From NCBI GenBank assembly GCA_965116955.1, contig OZ220742.1, positions 2,850,222 to 2,914,221 of the forward strand: DNA of 64,000 bases, read 5' to 3'. Positions 59,551-64,000 of the stretch are shown piece after piece. The first letter of the stretch is position 1. Each line of letters starts with the position of its first letter. The stretch comes from Thermoanaerobaculia bacterium (GTDB lineage: Bacteria > Acidobacteriota > Thermoanaerobaculia > Multivoradales > Multivoraceae). The position numbers and the translations under genes were made by a program. Below the pieces are notes generated by a model, which was not told the origin of the DNA, searched no databases, and worked only from the letters and a program-made list of their open reading frames with translations.

Positions 59551-61731
59551 TCAGTTGCTCGTGATTCGAACGTTGTCGTAGGAGACGACCGACGGCGAGT
59601 AGCCCAGAAGACCGGGCGAACCGTTCCGGATCGGGTGGGGATCCTCGGCCGTGATCGTCCACTCGGCCGGTTCCTCCTCGTCGCGCGGCCATACCTTGCC
59701 GCGGATCGCGGCGGTGTCGCCGGTTGCTTCCACCTGCAGCTTCATCGTGTACCAGCGGTCCATCTCGAACTCGAAGTCGGCCTTCTGCTCGACCCGCAAC
59801 TGGGCCGACCAGGAGCGGATCTGGAGGCGTTGGTGGATACCCATCATGTCGAGGATGTAGCCGGAGTTGATCAGGCCCGAGTCGGAACGGCGCCGGCCCT
59901 TCTGCGAGTTGCGCACATCCGCCTGGATCGTGTAGTTCCCCAGCGAAGGCGGCCCGAGCAGGAGCGGCGAGCGCAGCAGGCCGCGCTCGGCGACCGGTTT
60001 GACCAGGATGGTCTCGCCATCTTCCTCGGCGATGTCGTACCGGCCGCCGCCGATCCAGTAGCCCTGCTTTCCGCCGGAGAAGTCTTCCGTCCAGGGCAGG
60101 GGCGGGAAGACACGGATGCGCGCTTCGGCCTCGAGCTCGGCGCTGGTCGCGACCAGGGCGCCGGCCTGGAAGCCCGCGTCGTCGGCGAAACGGAGGGTGC
60201 TGTCCGTAAGATCCGCCTCGACCCCCTTGAGCGACCAGTCGGCCTCGACCTCACCCAGAGGTCGGCCGAGCGCGTCGTAGGCGAAGACCTGGAAGTCGTG
60301 GCTCTCGCCGGGGTTGGCCCTGATTTCGGCCGGCACGACGAGCAGTGTCGCCGGCGGTCCTTCGGGTTCGCCCTCGTCGCCGCGGCTCGGCAGTGGGGAA
60401 GCAGTGACCTCGAACGGCGCGTCGCTGTCGCCCAGGCAGTAGACCCCTTCCTCGGTCGTGAAGTAGATGCGCCCGTAGGCGATGGCGGCCGAGCCGTACA
60501 GCTCCGCATAGCGGCCGTCCGGTACCTTCAGTTGATGCCGGGCGAGGATCTCAGCGCTCGTGTCTCCCGGCCGGATGATCGCGAAGTGGCCGTTCGTCTC
60601 GCCAGCGTAGATCTTTCCGTCGGCCCAGACCGGCGACGCCTTGCCGACCGTGCCGATGCTGAGTTCCCAGAAGACCTCGCCGGTTTCCGTATCGACCGCG
60701 GCCAGGTTGCCGGAGTTGTTCATCACGTAGAGGCGGCCGTCGTGGATGGTCGGCGACGGGAACCCGGCCTTGTTCCGGTTCCACCGCCACAGTTCGCCGG
60801 TGTTCGTGAGGTCGCCGCTCAGCGTGCCGTCGATCGCAATGACGCGACCGAGTGTGCCCTCGTCGATGTTCTCCTCGCTGTGGGAGATGAAGACCCGGCC
60901 CTGGTCGTCGACCACGGGCGAGGAGTTGATGCCCCGTTTCGAAAGGTTGAACTCCCAGACCTTCTTTCCGGTGCGAGCCTGCAGGGCGTAGATGTGCCCA
61001 TCCGCGTTACCAGTGATCAGCAGACGCTGGTTGTTGATCACGGTCACGATCGGGATCGACTGCGTATTTCGGTCGTAGATCGTGCCGCCCGGTGTCGACA
61101 TCCACTGCACTTCGCCGGTTCGCTTGTCGAAGGCGTAGTAGCGATGCCGGGGGATGCCCTGGTTGCCCCAACTCCCGTTGTTCATGTTGACGATGATCAG
61201 GTCCTCGTCGATCACCGGGGACGCGGTCCTGCCGCCGTAACCTTCGAAACGCCCGTGTTCTTCCTTCAGTGACCGGGACCAGACCAGGTTGCCGTCGCGG
61301 TCGTGGCAGAGGAAGAGACCGCTGACGAGCTGGGCGTAGGTGTAGCCGGTCTCGGGGTCGCCGGTGAGCGAGGCCCACCCGACCCGGTTCATCGCGACGG
61401 TCGTCAGGTACAGGTTGTAGCGGTTCTCCCACAGCGGCTCGCCGGTACCGGCGTCGAACGCCGCGATCACCGCCTGCTCGTGGATTCCCGTGCCTGCGCG
61501 CCCGTTGACGAACACCCGCCCGCCCATCACGACCGGCGTCGAACGGGCGATGAAGTCCTGACGCCAGATCAGGTTCTCACCTTCCGGGCTCCAGGTGTCG
61601 ATCAGGCCGGTCTGCGGCGAGTAGCCGTTCTGGTAGGGCCCGCGCCAGGAGGTCCACTCCTCCGCCTGCAGCGATGCGGCGGCCAGCGTCAGAAGGGGCA
61701 GGAATGAACAGAACTGAATGCGATTCCTCAT
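59551..61731 (-). CDS. Secreted PQQ-like beta-propeller protein with Ig-like and C-terminal ConA/DUF1080-like domains
   Basis: WTSWRGP, TGExxW blades; tail NYTIQADV..WYTMKLQV..SYDNVRIT. Confidence 0.85.
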   Translation of the reverse strand: MRNRIQFCSFLPLLTLAAASLQAEEWTSWRGPYQNGYSPQTGLIDTWSPEGENLIWRQDFIARSTPVVMGGRVFVNGRAGTGIHEQAVIAAFDAGTGEPLWENRYNLYLTTVAMNRVGWASLTGDPETGYTYAQLVSGLFLCHDRDGNLVWSRSLKEEHGRFEGYGGRTASPVIDEDLIIVNMNNGSWGNQGIPRHRYYAFDKRTGEVQWMSTPGGTIYDRNTQSIPIVTVINNQRLLITGNADGHIYALQARTGKKVWEFNLSKRGINSSPVVDDQGRVFISHSEENIDEGTLGRVIAIDGTLSGDLTNTGELWRWNRNKAGFPSPTIHDGRLYVMNNSGNLAAVDTETGEVFWELSIGTVGKASPVWADGKIYAGETNGHFAIIRPGDTSAEILARHQLKVPDGRYAELYGSAAIAYGRIYFTTEEGVYCLGDSDAPFEVTASPLPSRGDEGEPEGPPATLLVVPAEIRANPGESHDFQVFAYDALGRPLGEVEADWSLKGVEADLTDSTLRFADDAGFQAGALVATSAELEAEARIRVFPPLPWTEDFSGGKQGYWIGGGRYDIAEEDGETILVKPVAERGLLRSPLLLGPPSLGNYTIQADVRNSQKGRRRSDSGLINSGYILDMMGIHQRLQIRSWSAQLRVEQKADFEFEMDRWYTMKLQVEATGDTAAIRGKVWPRDEEEPAEWTITAEDPHPIRNGSPGLLGYSPSVVSYDNVRITSN

Positions 61732-61849
61732 CTCGGCTCCTTGGCAGGGTGTTGGGAAGCGGACGGCGACCCGCGCGCGGCGCACATTCTAGGCGGAATC
61801 TCCCGGAGACGCTCTTGCATCCCGCGGTCGGAGCGCGCCGACGATGTCG

Positions 61850-62797
61850 CTAGTCGGCTTCCTCGCCTCCCGCAGCCTCCTGCGCTGCGGCCATCCGTTC
61901 CTGCCAGTTGGCGGGGTAGATCATCGCCATGAGCGTCGACTGTTCGGACTGATACTGCACCATCGCACCCTTCGGCATCCAGATGGCGTCGCCGGGTCCG
62001 AGTTCGTGGGCGTCCTCGCCGGAGAGGATCGTCAGGCTTCCCTCGAGGACGTAGAGGTACTCGTCGAACATCATCGGGCGCTGTTCCTGGGTGTCGAAGT
62101 TGTCCAGGACCGTGACCGCGCAGTGCAGGATGTCGCTGACCGCGACGACGCCGGGCGCGCTGGCGGGACCGACATCGGACCCGGTGTAGATGCCCGGTCC
62201 GTACTCGACGATCTGGCGGTCGGCGGCCGCGACGAAGACGACCGGATCCGGTTCGCCCTCCATCGACCAGTTCTCGTCCGCGGGCGCCCAGTCGAACGGG
62301 TAGACGGCGACGAGGTTCGGGGCCATCTCGCCGGCCTCGAGCCTCTTGGCCACCGTACCCCTGGGGATCCACAGGCCGTCACCCGGACCGACCTCGAAGA
62401 CCTCGTCCTCCGTTTCGAGCGTCAGGACTCCACCCTCGAGGCCGTAGATGTACTCGTCGTAGGTGTAGACCCAGTCCTCGAGGAAGAAGTTCTCGTACTG
62501 CGCGATGACAGCGGTCATGGCCGTGGTGCCCGCCACCGTGCCGATCGCATTGGGGTCGCCGACCTCCGTGGACACCATCAATGTCGGGTTGCCGGGCGTG
62601 AGTTCCTGGAACTCCCGGCTGTCACCCCGGATGACGACGATCTCTCCGAGCGGCGCCGGCACTTCCCGCACGGCGGGCGCCTCCTCCGGTGCTTCCGCCA
62701 CTTCCTCTTCGGCGGGGGAGCAGGCAAGGAAGCCGGCGCCGAGAGCGAGAACGCTCAAGGCCACGATCGGGGTCGTCTTGAGAGAGTTGGTGAACAT
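61850..62797 (-). CDS. Tandem EutQ-like cupin lipoprotein
   Basis: Lipobox FLAC; two DEY.Y.LEG..GPGD..W.P.G..YP.[DN]W repeats. Confidence 0.75.
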   Translation of the reverse strand: MFTNSLKTTPIVALSVLALGAGFLACSPAEEEVAEAPEEAPAVREVPAPLGEIVVIRGDSREFQELTPGNPTLMVSTEVGDPNAIGTVAGTTAMTAVIAQYENFFLEDWVYTYDEYIYGLEGGVLTLETEDEVFEVGPGDGLWIPRGTVAKRLEAGEMAPNLVAVYPFDWAPADENWSMEGEPDPVVFVAAADRQIVEYGPGIYTGSDVGPASAPGVVAVSDILHCAVTVLDNFDTQEQRPMMFDEYLYVLEGSLTILSGEDAHELGPGDAIWMPKGAMVQYQSEQSTLMAMIYPANWQERMAAAQEAAGGEEAD

Positions 62798-62960
62798 CGC
62801 GATCTCCCTTTGCGGAACCTCATCCCCCAGCAAATTTAAGAATTTCTAAGGTTCCGGCAGACGTTTCGGAACCAGGTCGGAGCCTTCCTGTGTCTTGGGG
62901 GATGACGTGTCGATCGACCTTCTCGGTAACTCAGGAGGCTTCGCGCTGCCGCTAGGATGG
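62798..62960 (-). ncRNA. Structured 5' leader (candidate cis-regulatory RNA) of the cupin gene
   Basis: Five 6-10-bp complementary pairs, some mutually exclusive, between promoter and RBS. Confidence 0.45.
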
Positions 62961-62965
62961 CTTTC

Positions 62966-62994
62966 ATAGTACTGAGCGCCCTGCAAGTGGTCAA
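62966..62994 (-). promoter_or_regulatory. Sigma70 promoter of the cupin gene
   Basis: TTGACC-N17-TACTAT on the minus strand. Confidence 0.7.
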
Positions 62995-63013
62995 TGAGAA
63001 GCAGAAAGGAACC

Positions 63014-64000
63014 GTGTTCAGACACAAGGGATTGAACGCCCTGGCCTTGGCCCTTGCGGTCGCTGCGTTTGCGGCCTGCCAGAGGGACCCGGCTCCGGCC
63101 CCGGAGCGCGCCGTGGCGTCGGTACCTGCCGCATCCGTCGAACGCCCCTTCCTGACCGCGGCCTGGACCGAAGCCGTCGGCGACCTGTCGCCCGAGGCGT
63201 GGAACGTCGTGCTGGTCACGATCGACACATTGCGTGCCGACCGGCTGGGCTGCTACGGCTACGCGGAGATCGAGACGCCGCAGCTCGACCGCCTCGCGAG
63301 CGAGGGCATCCTGTTCGAGAACGCTCTCACCACGGTTCCCTTCACCCTCCCTGCGCACAGTTCGATCATGACCGGCGTCTACCCGCCGGTGCATGGCGTG
63401 CGCGAGAACGTCGGCTATTCGCTGGACGAGCGGCTGCCTACCCTCGCCGAGGACCTGTCCGCCGCCGGGAGGCGCACCGGAGGCTTCGTCAGCGCCTTCG
63501 TCCTGGACGGTAGATGGGGGATCGATCGCGGCTTCGACCGCTACCACGACGAGTTCAAGGTTCAGGACATGGGCACTCTGAACATCGGGTCCGTTCAGCG
63601 CGAGGGCACGGAGACGATCGGCCAGGCGGGGGCCTGGCTGGATGAGGTGTCTGGCTCGCCCTTCTTCCTGTGGCTGCATCTCTTCGAGCCGCACGACCCC
63701 TACGAGGCGCCCGAGCCCTTCGCGTCGCGCTACCCGAACCGGCCCTACGACGCGGAAGTCGCCTACACGGACACTCTGATCGGGCGTCTGCGCGAGATGC
63801 TGGAGGCCAGAGACCTTCTCGAACGGACCCTGCTGGTCGTCACAGCCGACCATGGGGAAGGACTTGGCGACCACGGCGAGTACTTCCATGGCTACTTCGT
63901 CTACGACAGCACCGCGCGCGTACCCCTGATCGTCCGGCTGCCGGAAGGCCGTCTCGGGGGCCGCCGCGTGGACGCCGCGGTGAGCCACGTCGATCTTCGG
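63014..64000 (+). CDS. Sulfatase-like hydrolase lipoprotein (Thr at nucleophile position), 3' truncated by window edge
   Basis: Read from the sequence, absent from the ORF track: GTG after AAAGGA; FAAC lipobox; NVVLVTIDTLRADRL, TLPAHSSIMTG, WLHLFEPHDPY, ADHGEGLGDHGE. Confidence 0.9.
   Translation, partial: MFRHKGLNALALALAVAAFAACQRDPAPAPERAVASVPAASVERPFLTAAWTEAVGDLSPEAWNVVLVTIDTLRADRLGCYGYAEIETPQLDRLASEGILFENALTTVPFTLPAHSSIMTGVYPPVHGVRENVGYSLDERLPTLAEDLSAAGRRTGGFVSAFVLDGRWGIDRGFDRYHDEFKVQDMGTLNIGSVQREGTETIGQAGAWLDEVSGSPFFLWLHLFEPHDPYEAPEPFASRYPNRPYDAEVAYTDTLIGRLREMLEARDLLERTLLVVTADHGEGLGDHGEYFHGYFVYDSTARVPLIVRLPEGRLGGRRVDAAVSHVDLR

Overview
High-GC, densely coding core-genome window from a diderm bacterium. 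An Acidobacterial-type VWA protein, Oar-type TonB receptors, several sulfatases and PQQ-like beta-propellers suggest Acidobacteriota (inference, not a database result). About 51 CDSs are present: housekeeping genes (guaA, lgt, thiD-like, nnr-tsaE, phoH/7TM-HD/ybeY-era, glnA, nth, cobB, hsp20), a hydrolase/TonB-receptor/sulfatase region, a vapBC toxin-antitoxin pair and a xylA/xylB sugar operon. I found no tRNA, rRNA, CRISPR array, integrase or transposase. Most notable: (1) a seamless in-frame YbeY-Era fusion; (2) an exported tandem-EutQ cupin lipoprotein behind a ~160-nt leader with mutually exclusive helices (candidate riboswitch); (3) a REP/MITE-like 34-bp inverted repeat next to a T-ending codon gradient in pdxA; (4) tandem sigma54 motifs before glnA; (5) a possible 3-keto-glycoside cleavage module linked to xylose isomerase and a eukaryote-type xylulokinase. 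All family calls rest on motifs recognised by eye.
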